Part shown: in pieces, positions 18,726 through 27,653 of the stretch | Position numbering within the stretch: position 1 is the stretch's first letter | Layout: each line of letters begins with the position of its first letter | Assembly (NCBI GenBank): GCA_016193485.1 | Contig: JACPRZ010000012.1 | Coordinates: 33,109-97,108 of the forward strand | Direction of reading: 5' to 3' | From: Bacteroidota bacterium | Lineage (GTDB): Bacteria > Bacteroidota > Bacteroidia > JACPRZ01 | DNA: 64,000 nt | Made by a program: the position numbers and the translations under genes | The notes under the pieces: model-generated | What the model was told of the DNA's origin: nothing | Databases searched by the model: none | The model's input: the letters and a program-made list of their open reading frames with translations, nothing else

Positions 18726-20585
18726 TTAATCCACTCTCTCAGGTTTATTAACCTCTTTTTTTTCTGCTTTCGGATGAATAAAATCTTCATCCAGAATATA
18801 CTTTTCCAGTTCCGGTCGCGATATGGTGTCATTCAGGTATTTTTCGATCATTAAACTTGCTATGGGAGCCGCCCATGTGCCACCGAAGCCGGAATTTTCA
18901 ACAACAACCGAAATCGCTATCTGCGGGGTATCCTTGGGAGCAAAGGCGATAAACACCGAATGATCTTCGCCATGCGGATTTTGTGCAGTGCCTGTTTTGC
19001 CGCAAATGGAAACATCTTTCAGTTTTGCTCTTGTTGCCGTACCGCTCTGAACCACTTTTTCCATTGCATCAACCAGCGGCTCAAAGTGCTCCGGGTTGAT
19101 GGTGGTAAGATTTCGGACGGTAAAATGGGGAAGGACCATTTTATGTTCGCCAAAACCTTTGATCAGGTGAGGAAGGTAATAAAATCCGCGGTTGGCAATG
19201 ATAGCGGTAATATTCGCCATTTGCAGCGGTACGATCATGATTTCACCCTGGCCGATGCCCAGTGAATAGATGGTATAGAAATTCCATCTGTTTTTTCCGT
19301 ATACCTTGTTGTAGTAGATTGAAGTGGGAATATACCCCCCCTTTTCGTTGGGGATATCTATTCCAAGACGGCTGCCAAGCCCGAAACTTATTACATGCCT
19401 GCGCCACGCGTTCAAACCCTGTTCTGAAGTACCCCCCTCTCCTTTTGCCAATTCTAGGGTTGCGCCACCGTAAAGAATTTTTTTGAAGACCATATAATAA
19501 AACGGATTGCAGGAATGTTGTACGGAACCATCCAGGTCAAGAGGAGAAGGATGATTGTGGCAATTTACCAGCGATTTGTTACAAGGCAGAACGGTATTCC
19601 AGGTAAGAACTTCATCCTGCAGCCCCACCAGACATTCCACTATTTTGAAAATAGAACCGGGCGGATACATTGCCATAAGCGCGCGGTTAAATAGCGGGTT
19701 AAGCGAATCGGTAAGCAGTTTTTTGTAATTGGCCGACCTCACCCGTCCCACCAGCAGGTTGGGATCGTATGTCGGGCTTGTGACCAGCGCCAGCACTTCA
19801 CCGGTTGCCGGTTCAATTGCCGCAATACTCCCGATTTTATTCTGCATCAGTTTTTCACCGTATTCCTGCAGGGATGACGATAGGGTACTCACCACATTTA
19901 AACCGGGAACCGGAAGAGTATCGTACAATCCGTTCAGGTAACTTCCGACAATACGGTTATGGACATCCACGACAAAAATTTTTACTCCCCGTTTGCCTCT
20001 GAGTATATCCTCGTACGACTGTTCCAACCCCCCCATGCCGATGTAGTCACCTGACCTGTAATACGAATTTTTTTTGATGGTATTTTCATCCACTTCACTG
20101 ATATATCCCACTGCATTAGCAGCAATATTTTTCGGATATTTCCTCATGGTGCGCACCTGCACGAAAAAACCCGGGAACTGGTACATGCGCTCCAGGAAGG
20201 CACCGTAAATTTCAGCCGACAGTTGTTTCAGAAAAACCGATGCCTTTAAGGATGAATATTTTCTCGCTTCTTTTATTTTTGAGATGAATTCTTCTTTTGA
20301 AATGGCGAGCAGGGTGCAGAGGTCTGCCGTGTCAATATTCTTCACCTGCCGGGGAATGACCATTAGGTCATAAGCCGGCTGGTTATAGACGAGAAGTTCA
20401 CCGTTGCGGTCATAAATCAGTCCGCGGGAAGGATATGCGGTCACATAGCGCAACACATTATTGCTTGCCGAGATGCGGTAACTGCGGTCTATTATCTGGA
20501 TGTAAAACAACCTGCCGAGGAAAATCATCGCCACGAAAGCGAAGAGAATGAGAAAAACATACCTGCGGTCGGCAAAAGGATTCAT
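18726..20585 (-). CDS. mrdA: Penicillin-binding protein 2 (peptidoglycan D,D-transpeptidase)
   Basis: 619 aa. PBP dimerisation domain plus transpeptidase motifs (STYDPN region, SxN, KTGT). Confidence 0.9.
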   Translation of the reverse strand: MNPFADRRYVFLILFAFVAMIFLGRLFYIQIIDRSYRISASNNVLRYVTAYPSRGLIYDRNGELLVYNQPAYDLMVIPRQVKNIDTADLCTLLAISKEEFISKIKEARKYSSLKASVFLKQLSAEIYGAFLERMYQFPGFFVQVRTMRKYPKNIAANAVGYISEVDENTIKKNSYYRSGDYIGMGGLEQSYEDILRGKRGVKIFVVDVHNRIVGSYLNGLYDTLPVPGLNVVSTLSSSLQEYGEKLMQNKIGSIAAIEPATGEVLALVTSPTYDPNLLVGRVRSANYKKLLTDSLNPLFNRALMAMYPPGSIFKIVECLVGLQDEVLTWNTVLPCNKSLVNCHNHPSPLDLDGSVQHSCNPFYYMVFKKILYGGATLELAKGEGGTSEQGLNAWRRHVISFGLGSRLGIDIPNEKGGYIPTSIYYNKVYGKNRWNFYTIYSLGIGQGEIMIVPLQMANITAIIANRGFYYLPHLIKGFGEHKMVLPHFTVRNLTTINPEHFEPLVDAMEKVVQSGTATRAKLKDVSICGKTGTAQNPHGEDHSVFIAFAPKDTPQIAISVVVENSGFGGTWAAPIASLMIEKYLNDTISRPELEKYILDEDFIHPKAEKKEVNKPERVD

Positions 20586-20595
20586 GGAAAGAGCC

Positions 20596-20630
20596 GGAAA
20601 AAAGATTCAGCCAGGCGGATTCGCCTGGCG
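20596..20630 (-). terminator. Hairpin (gccaggcg/cgcctggc, 4-nt loop) followed by T-run on minus strand; probable terminator of the DUF4270 gene
   Basis: 8-bp GC-rich stem then TCTTTTTTCC on the minus strand. About 135 bp downstream of the DUF4270 gene stop. Confidence 0.5.
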
Positions 20631-20765
20631 ATTCAACAACTACAAACCTATATTTTGTAAGCAAAGGTAGAAAGATTAAGAAGGAGATTGTTTTTTAAGA
20701 AATGTGTGAAGAATGAAATTGAAAATTGTCCTACAGGAAATCCCTCCGGAAAGTAAAAATTACAG

Positions 20766-21995
20766 TCACAAATCACTATACACCATCGTCAGTTTCATCT
20801 TCTTGCCGTCCATCACCCCCCTGCTGGCATTATTCATGCTGCCGCTTGCCTCATTGCTGCTGGCTACAAAGAGGTAAAGCCCGGAGTCGGAGATATCACC
20901 GTTGAGTTTCTGCTGGAGGTATCGGGTGATTGAGAAAGTATAGGTGCGGACTGAGGAATTGTACTGCCCGCCAAAATATGCCTCACCTTCAAGGACATCG
21001 GCAAGGAGTTGTGTCGTGCCGTCTTCTTTTACCGATGCAAGAAAAAGTTTTGCAGGGGGGGGATATTGGAGGGATCCGCTGTTTGCATCAATGGTTACCG
21101 AGAGTTCGGCTTTTGCCAACGCCAGCGGGTTTTTGTTTTTCCACTGGTCAAAATACGGGAACGAAAGCTTTGCTTTTACGCCAGCCATTGACTGAATGTA
21201 CAATAGTTGTTGTGACGGTGAGGTATCGGCAAGAGATGAAGCAACAGGTGTACCCGAATAATCATTAGAAAAATGATTAACCCTTGCACAAGCGGTGTTA
21301 ATGATGAAATCATAACTTGATGCTGCGGATGAAGAAGTATGATAATAAAGAGTTAATTTAACTGTCGGTGAAAGAAGATCAAAATAGAGGATGGAATTAT
21401 TTCCTGATAATGAAAAAACGCGGATTCCTTTCAGAAAAGCAAGAAAACCGGCATCATCGGCAAAACCTCCGGAACCGTTTGCCTGGAACTTCGCAATAAA
21501 CCCGGATGTTGCCGGAATACGGATATCAGCATCTGCCGATGTCAGTGAAAGTTTGGTAAAACCGATGGAATCCGGTTTAAAAGCGAAGTTCCTGTCTGAA
21601 TAATAGGATGAATCAGCGTAAATATCTTCATCAAGTTCGCTGATAATAATATTATGTGTTCCCAATGTATTTCCGTAATAACCTTTCAACGTAAAATTAA
21701 AAACAACCGAATCGGCAACAAAACCGTCACCAAAATTCACACCGGCAGTGGAGAGCCGGAACTGAGTTGAGAAATCAGCAAAAGAAAGCCCGAAAACAGG
21801 ATCATTGTAACTTCCGCTCAGGGAGTAAAGTTTTTCATCAGATTGTAATGGTTCTTCCTGAACAGTCCTGGCGAAAACGGTCGTTGTGTCGGAAACGGAA
21901 TATTGTATTTGATTTTCGCTTCCTGACGGAAGACCAATTTCAAGGGGACCGGGTTCTTTGCAGGTTTGGAGGAAGAAAAAAAATAAGCAAGACAT
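20766..21995 (-). CDS. DUF4270-family lipoprotein (Bacteroidota-specific, glycogen-synthase-associated)
   Basis: ORF 20766..22169. Start assigned to the internal MSCLFFFFLQTCKEPG (lipoprotein-like). Ser/Gly/Tyr-rich sequence with the neighbourhood conserved across Bacteroidota. Confidence 0.55.
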   Translation of the reverse strand: MSCLFFFFLQTCKEPGPLEIGLPSGSENQIQYSVSDTTTVFARTVQEEPLQSDEKLYSLSGSYNDPVFGLSFADFSTQFRLSTAGVNFGDGFVADSVVFNFTLKGYYGNTLGTHNIIISELDEDIYADSSYYSDRNFAFKPDSIGFTKLSLTSADADIRIPATSGFIAKFQANGSGGFADDAGFLAFLKGIRVFSLSGNNSILYFDLLSPTVKLTLYYHTSSSAASSYDFIINTACARVNHFSNDYSGTPVASSLADTSPSQQLLYIQSMAGVKAKLSFPYFDQWKNKNPLALAKAELSVTIDANSGSLQYPPPAKLFLASVKEDGTTQLLADVLEGEAYFGGQYNSSVRTYTFSITRYLQQKLNGDISDSGLYLFVASSNEASGSMNNASRGVMDGKKMKLTMVYSDL

Positions 21996-22044
21996 CAGAA
22001 GTTTTAAAGACTTCTGATGTCTTATAACGGCACTTGCAAAAATT

Positions 22045-22890
22045 TCATTCACCAAGCACCGCCTCGCCTTCAAGCACCTCATTGTAAAAGGTATAATAGG
22101 CATCAATAAATCCGTCTGCGGTCGGGTTTTCAAGCAGCGGTTTGTTGGTACCGGAAGAAAAACGGACAATATCCCGGTTTATTTTATCACTGACAAGGAT
22201 GATTCCATCTGACCAATTGATCGCCTCCTTGATTATGCGGGAATAAGTCGGATTCCGGTACGGTTTGATATCTTCGCCATCAAGCCCGTCCATTTTCAGT
22301 TTCAGCGGGAGATCCCTGTTCAGGGTTTCGGAAAATTCATCATTGTATACCGAATAAATAATTTTTGTTTCGGCAAACTGGGGTTCATGTACAAACGCTT
22401 TTCTTATCATTACAGGCAGCAGCGAGGTAAACCATCCGTGGCAGTGAATAATGTCGGGGATCCATTTGAGGTTTTTTACCGTTTCAACAACGCTGCGCGC
22501 ATAAAAAACCATCCGTTCATCGTTATCCGGACAAAAATTGCCGGCTTCATCATGGTACAGCGTTTTTCGCGAAAAAAATTCTTCATTGTCGGTAAAATAA
22601 ACCTGCATCCGCGTGTTGGGAATAGAGGCGACTTTAACAAACAACGGGTGGTCACCGTCATTGATAATAATATTTACCCCCGACAGGCGGATGACATCAT
22701 GTAAATTGTACTTTCGCTCGTTTATCATTCCGTACCTGGGCATAAACGCCCTGATTTCCATGTTACATTCATAGAGGAATTGTATCAACTGGCGGCTGGT
22801 TATGGAGATCTCAGATTCGGATACAAATGGAAAGATTTCCTGCGAAACGAATAATACACAGGGTTTTTGAAAATTCCGGTTCATAAGCAT
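22045..22890 (-). CDS. Short glycogen/starch synthase-like protein (GT5 N-terminal domain only)
   Basis: 281 aa. KPCVLFVSQEIFPF resembles the GT5 Glyco_transf_5 N-terminus. Divergent from panC, as in many Bacteroidota genomes. Confidence 0.7.
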   Translation of the reverse strand: MLMNRNFQKPCVLFVSQEIFPFVSESEISITSRQLIQFLYECNMEIRAFMPRYGMINERKYNLHDVIRLSGVNIIINDGDHPLFVKVASIPNTRMQVYFTDNEEFFSRKTLYHDEAGNFCPDNDERMVFYARSVVETVKNLKWIPDIIHCHGWFTSLLPVMIRKAFVHEPQFAETKIIYSVYNDEFSETLNRDLPLKLKMDGLDGEDIKPYRNPTYSRIIKEAINWSDGIILVSDKINRDIVRFSSGTNKPLLENPTADGFIDAYYTFYNEVLEGEAVLGE

Positions 22891-22942
22891 GACAGTATTG
22901 GGTTATCAAATGGGGCGCAAATGTACGGAAAAATATTGACTT

Positions 22943-23794
22943 ATGCAATACTTCAGATTTGCCGGGGAGTGCCGGGAATATATTAAATCGCTGAAATACA
23001 GGGGAATAAAGATAGGATTTGTACCTACCATGGGAGCGCTCCATGCCGGGCACATCTCCCTTGTCAGCCAATCCAAAACGGACCACTTGGTTACCGGGTG
23101 CAGTTTATTCGTTAATCCTGATCAGTTTAATGACAAGCGGGATTTTGAAAAATATCCGCGGACGGAAAAAGAAGATGTAACCATGCTGGAGCAAAGCGGC
23201 TGCGATTTTGTTTTCATTCCGGGAGCGGATGAAATATACCCTCAGGGTACCCCGGAAAAAATTCCTTTTGATACCATACCTTTCAATAATGTTATGGAGG
23301 GTCTTTCCCGCCCCGGCCACTTCCGCGGAGTAATACGTGTGGTAAAACGGCTTTTTGAGATTGTGGAACCTGACTGCGCCTATTTCGGAGAAAAAGATTT
23401 TCAGCAACTGCTCGTAATAAAAGAAATGGTAAATAAATTAAAATTGGCGGTTCAGATTACCGGATGTCCCACGTTACGCGAACAGGACGGCATCGCCATG
23501 AGTTCCCGCAACGCAAACCTGTCTCCTGATGAGCGGAAAGCAGCGCCATTGATTTACAGGACGCTGCTGGATGCAAAGGCGAAAATTCCGGCACTTTCGG
23601 TTTTACAACTCAAAAAATGGGTCATCGGAAAAATTTCCTCCGACCCGAAATTCAGGATTGATTATTTTGAAATTGCCGGGGAAACAACCCTGGAACCGGT
23701 TGCCGGTTGGGATCATGCACAACCCTATCGTGCATTTATAGCAACATTCCTCGGCACAACACGGTTAATAGATAATTTACGATTCAGCAGTTGA
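22943..23794 (+). CDS. panC: Pantoate--beta-alanine ligase
   Basis: Motifs PTMGALHAGHISLV (HIGH-type) and FGEKDFQQ. 283 aa. Confidence 0.9.
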   Translation: MQYFRFAGECREYIKSLKYRGIKIGFVPTMGALHAGHISLVSQSKTDHLVTGCSLFVNPDQFNDKRDFEKYPRTEKEDVTMLEQSGCDFVFIPGADEIYPQGTPEKIPFDTIPFNNVMEGLSRPGHFRGVIRVVKRLFEIVEPDCAYFGEKDFQQLLVIKEMVNKLKLAVQITGCPTLREQDGIAMSSRNANLSPDERKAAPLIYRTLLDAKAKIPALSVLQLKKWVIGKISSDPKFRIDYFEIAGETTLEPVAGWDHAQPYRAFIATFLGTTRLIDNLRFSS

Positions 23795-23821
23795 AATGAA
23801 TAATCCGAAAACTATTTCTTC

Positions 23822-24826
23822 ATGCGTAAAATAGTTATATCAATAATCCAGTTTATAGTTTCAATTTCACTGGGAGTTTTCCTTATCTGGTATGTTTACA
23901 AGGATTTAACCGGGGAACAAAGAGAGGAGATTTACCGTTCTTTTTCAGGTGCCGACTATACCTGGGTAATCTTATCCGTTATTCTCGGAATAATCAGTCA
24001 TTTTTTAAGAGCATTGCGCTGGAATTTGCTTATTGAAACTATCGGTACAAAGCCAATTCTGTTGAAAAGCACAGCCGCAGTCATGGTGGGTTACCTCGCT
24101 AACTATGCACTGCCGCGTATAGGGGAGGTAGCAAGATGCGGTGTGCTGAGCCGGTATGAAAAACTTCCTTTTGACAAACTTGTGGGTACGGTGATCATTG
24201 AACGTGCCGTGGATTTATGCATTACCCTGATCCTTACCCTGATACTTTTTATTGCTGAACTGGATGTCATCGGTAATTTTATGGCAGGATTGCTGGGCCC
24301 TTTTATAGACAAAGTACCTTCTTCATCTGCGCTTTTTTTTCTGTTCTCCGGTACAATTTTATTTTTGATTGCACTTGGATATTTCATTCTGAAACGGACA
24401 TCAGCAGGGAAAAGGGGGATCCTTTTTTTAGAGGGAATCATCCAGGGAATCCGGTCCATTACGCGTCTGAATGATAAAGGCCGGTTCATCATCTACAGCA
24501 TTCTTATCTGGTTCCTCTATTATGCGATGTTCCATATTTGCTTATTTTGCCTGCCTGAAACATCGGTGGTCCCCTTCTGGGGTGCGGTAGCCGGTTTTAT
24601 TATGGGCGGTTATGGCATCATACTGGTACAGGGAGGCATTGGCGCTTTTCCTGCACTGGTGATGGCGACATTGTCCCTTTATGGTATCCCGGGAGAATAT
24701 GGTTTTGCTTTCGGCTGGATCCTCTGGACCGCACAGACAGCGATGATCCTCGTTGCAGGAACGATTTCCATAGGATACCTGATGCTGATTTCAAAAACAA
24801 AAATTAAACAAAATGAACCGCATTGA
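23822..24826 (+). CDS. Lysylphosphatidylglycerol-synthase-TM-domain (flippase-like, UPF0104) membrane protein
   Basis: 334-aa polytopic membrane protein carrying the conserved PxRxGExxR motif (LPRIGEVARC). Confidence 0.7.
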   Translation: MRKIVISIIQFIVSISLGVFLIWYVYKDLTGEQREEIYRSFSGADYTWVILSVILGIISHFLRALRWNLLIETIGTKPILLKSTAAVMVGYLANYALPRIGEVARCGVLSRYEKLPFDKLVGTVIIERAVDLCITLILTLILFIAELDVIGNFMAGLLGPFIDKVPSSSALFFLFSGTILFLIALGYFILKRTSAGKRGILFLEGIIQGIRSITRLNDKGRFIIYSILIWFLYYAMFHICLFCLPETSVVPFWGAVAGFIMGGYGIILVQGGIGAFPALVMATLSLYGIPGEYGFAFGWILWTAQTAMILVAGTISIGYLMLISKTKIKQNEPH

Positions 24827-25304
24827 ACCGGTAATGGCAAAAATTGCCCCTTTGGATATAGTGGAAAGGTGGGTTTCGGGCTGGAAAAAGTTCCGGTTGA
24901 AAGTTGTCTTTACCAACGGATGTTTTGACATTCTGCATGCAGGGCATATCCACCTTCTTGCAGAAGCGGCTTCTTTTGGTGATAAACTTGTTGTCGGAAT
25001 CAATTCCGATCTTTCGGTACGGAAAATAAAAGGTCCCGGCCGGCCGGTAAATGATGAACGATCGCGCGGGATGGTCATCGCTTCAGTGCAGGTTACCGAT
25101 GCCCTTCTTTTCTTTGATGACGAAACACCGTATGAAATCATAAAAAGGATTCAACCCGATGTGCTTGTAAAGGGCGGTGATTATGCCGAAAATGCAATTG
25201 TGGGCGCGGATCTGGTAAGATCATGGGGGGGGGAAGTCAGAATTGTAAAATTGCTGGACGGATTTTCAACAACAGGCATGATCGGAAAGATGAAAACTCT
25301 GTAA
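24813..25304 (+). CDS. rfaE2: D-glycero-beta-D-manno-heptose 1-phosphate adenylyltransferase (RfaE domain II-type cytidylyltransferase)
   Basis: KVVFTNGCFDILHAGHIHLL nucleotidyltransferase motif. 163 aa. Confidence 0.8.
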   Translation: MNRIEPVMAKIAPLDIVERWVSGWKKFRLKVVFTNGCFDILHAGHIHLLAEAASFGDKLVVGINSDLSVRKIKGPGRPVNDERSRGMVIASVQVTDALLFFDDETPYEIIKRIQPDVLVKGGDYAENAIVGADLVRSWGGEVRIVKLLDGFSTTGMIGKMKTL

Positions 25305-25313
25305 ACGTTACCA

Positions 25314-26645
25314 ATGTTCTTAACTTTGGAAAAGTTTACAGGAACTGCTGCAGCGATGTTCAATACCGGCAATCCTTTGACCTTTATTTTCGTTGCCGGG
25401 GTTTTTATTGCCGGTTGTTACGGATCTTCCAAAATCAGCAATCGTAATCTTGCCTATTTATACCGCAAGGAAATTAACCCGATTCATCCGAAAGCGGTTA
25501 TCTATCATCTCTCCGACTCTGCCAGCCGTATCTTTCTTTCCATTGAATCAAAAGAACTGCTGTTCAGAAGGGAATATTCCGCTGAGGAATTCACAGCGGA
25601 GTTCAATGTTACGTATAAAGCATACCCATCACCCGAAGCACAGGTGATCATCGACAGCGGCACAATCAGGGTGGTGCATGCTTCAGAATTGAACATGAAT
25701 TCACGTGAACTCAGGCAGGAAAAAATTATCGCAATGGCCGATCTTAAACTGCGCAGGCCCGTAAAGTGCGTACTTGAAATTTCAGTGACCGACCTGAACC
25801 GGAATCAGGAATCTTCCGTGTATATGACGGTGGATAAAGAGAGTGCCTTTTCAAGGGAAAATTTCAGAGTAAACTCGGCCGTGAGCGGGGAACCGCTTTT
25901 CAGAAATCAGATTACTCCCGGTGAAGCAATAGCGGTAAAGTTTCCCGCAATGAAACAGGGTAAAGGAATAGTTTATTATTACAGCCGGAAGTTTCAACTT
26001 CCACACCCCCCTTTTTCCGTACACGGTTCACCTCCTTTTGAATATCGGCCCGATTCGGTTTTTTCTCTTGATCCCGACAGCCAGAACATGGTTTACCCCA
26101 GGTTAGTCCGCCCTGGTTTTTACCATTTTATAGCCGATACGACCCAAAGGGAAGGGCTTACCCTTTACCGCTTCAGCGATGAGTTCCCGCAATGCACATC
26201 ACCGGAACAACTCCTTGAAGCGATACGTTATTTCACCACGCGCCAGGAGTATAATGAACTGATGCTTGAAGCGGGAAAAAAAAAGGCGCTCGATAATTTC
26301 TGGTTGAAAATTGGCGGAAGCCAGGAACGGGCGAGGTCCCTTATCAAAAGTTATTATTCTCGCGTCCAGGATGCCAATGAATTATTTACCGCACATGCGG
26401 AAGGATGGAAAACCGACCGGGGAATGATTTACATTATTTTCGGACCGCCCGATGCCGTATACCGCTCCCTTAACACCGAGAGTTGGGTGTACGGTGAAGA
26501 GGGCTCTTTCCTCTCTTTTAATTTTCTTTTTGTAAAAGTTAAGAATCCTTTTTCCGCTAATGATTACCAGTTGCAACGAAGCCCGGTGTATAAAAATACG
26601 TGGTACAGAGCGGTGGAAGCGTGGAGGCAGGGAGTAGTGTATTAA
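25314..26645 (+). CDS. GWxTD-domain protein
   Basis: Contains GWKTDRGMIYIIFGPPD (GWxTD signature). Possible lipoprotein start at the internal MFNTGNPLTFIFVAGVFIAGC (25356). Confidence 0.65.
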   Translation: MFLTLEKFTGTAAAMFNTGNPLTFIFVAGVFIAGCYGSSKISNRNLAYLYRKEINPIHPKAVIYHLSDSASRIFLSIESKELLFRREYSAEEFTAEFNVTYKAYPSPEAQVIIDSGTIRVVHASELNMNSRELRQEKIIAMADLKLRRPVKCVLEISVTDLNRNQESSVYMTVDKESAFSRENFRVNSAVSGEPLFRNQITPGEAIAVKFPAMKQGKGIVYYYSRKFQLPHPPFSVHGSPPFEYRPDSVFSLDPDSQNMVYPRLVRPGFYHFIADTTQREGLTLYRFSDEFPQCTSPEQLLEAIRYFTTRQEYNELMLEAGKKKALDNFWLKIGGSQERARSLIKSYYSRVQDANELFTAHAEGWKTDRGMIYIIFGPPDAVYRSLNTESWVYGEEGSFLSFNFLFVKVKNPFSANDYQLQRSPVYKNTWYRAVEAWRQGVVY

Positions 26646-26656
26646 AGAAAAGAAAT

Positions 26657-27406
26657 ATGGATGACCTGCAATATATTTACGGTATCCGCCCGGTTCTTGA
26701 ATCGGTTCAGGGCGGAATGGATATTCAGAAAATTTATCTTTCACGGAAAGTGAAAGGAGAGTTGATCACCGAGATTAAGAAACTGGCGCGGGAGAGGGAA
26801 ATAGGGGTACAGGAGGTTCCGGAAGAAGTGTTCCGGAAGTTCAGGGGCAAAATCCACCAGGGGGTCGTTGCGTTGATTTCACCGGTAATATACCAGGATA
26901 TTGGAAAATATCTGCCCCAGTTATTTGAAAAGGGAATTATCCCCCTTGTGGTTGTTCTTGACCGCATCACCGATGTCCGGAATTTCGGAGCCATCATCCG
27001 CACGGCAGAATGTATGGGCGCTCATGCCGTTGTGGTTCCGTCAAAAGAAACGGCACAGATCAATGCCGATGCGGTTAAGGCCTCTGCTGGCGCCCTTTTC
27101 AGGATACCGGTTTGCAGGGCATCCGATTTATTTATAGCCACGCGGATACTTAAAGACAGCGGATTACAGATTGTTTCCTGTTCCGAAAAGGCCGGTAAAA
27201 CTTTTTATGATGTCGATTTCGGATTACCCACCGCAATTCTTTTTGGTTCGGAAGAATCGGGATTACTGCCGGCACTGGTTAAAATTTCCGATCACCACGT
27301 GAAAATCCCCATGGCAGGCCATATCGCATCGCTGAATGTATCGGTTGCGGCCGGAATCGTTTTGTTTGAAGCGATGAGGCAGCGGGAAGCAATGGGCGAG
27401 AAGTGA
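26657..27406 (+). CDS. rlmB: 23S rRNA (guanosine-2'-O)-methyltransferase RlmB (SpoU/TrmH family)
   Basis: Start at the internal MDDLQYIYGIRPV. SPOUT-class motifs (NFGAIIRTAE, LFGSEESGL). Confidence 0.85.
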   Translation: MDDLQYIYGIRPVLESVQGGMDIQKIYLSRKVKGELITEIKKLAREREIGVQEVPEEVFRKFRGKIHQGVVALISPVIYQDIGKYLPQLFEKGIIPLVVVLDRITDVRNFGAIIRTAECMGAHAVVVPSKETAQINADAVKASAGALFRIPVCRASDLFIATRILKDSGLQIVSCSEKAGKTFYDVDFGLPTAILFGSEESGLLPALVKISDHHVKIPMAGHIASLNVSVAAGIVLFEAMRQREAMGEK

Positions 27407-27416
27407 AAATGATACG

Positions 27417-27436
27417 AATCCCGATAACTATCGGAT
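27417..27436. promoter_or_regulatory. Degenerate copy of the palindromic motif ATCCCGATAA-TTATCGGGAT (ccgata.ac.tatcgg)
   Basis: Partial palindrome about 170 bp upstream of the perfect copy. Both lie in the rlmB / GT-C intergenic region. Confidence 0.4.
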
Positions 27437-27541
27437 TTATGTTGCTACCTATAAAATCAATAGTCCGGTACTTTTTTATCTCTCCCCGCAATAGCGGGGC
27501 AAAGTTCGCAAGGTTTTAAAATTTAATTCTTTGCGTGCTTG

Positions 27542-27571
27542 GCGACCCTGCCTGCCGGCAGGCAGGGTCGC
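27542..27571. other. Perfect 30-bp GC-rich palindrome gcgaccctgcctgcc|ggcaggcagggtcgc (strong hairpin; terminator or protein-binding site)
   Basis: The reverse complement equals the sequence itself over 30 nt. Located between rlmB (stop 27406) and the first GT-C gene (start 27654). Confidence 0.7.
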
Positions 27572-27586
27572 GAGAAATGAATTTTT

Positions 27587-27606
27587 ATCCCGATAATTAT
27601 CGGGAT
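27587..27606. promoter_or_regulatory. Perfect 20-bp palindrome atcccgataa|ttatcgggat, operator-like, 48 bp upstream of GT-C paralog 1
   Basis: Exact dyad symmetry, as expected for a dimeric transcription-factor binding site. A degenerate second copy lies at 27417. Confidence 0.5.
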
Positions 27607-27653
27607 TGATTTTTAAATACATAAAAATTTTTACCGGAGTATTGTAAAATGCA

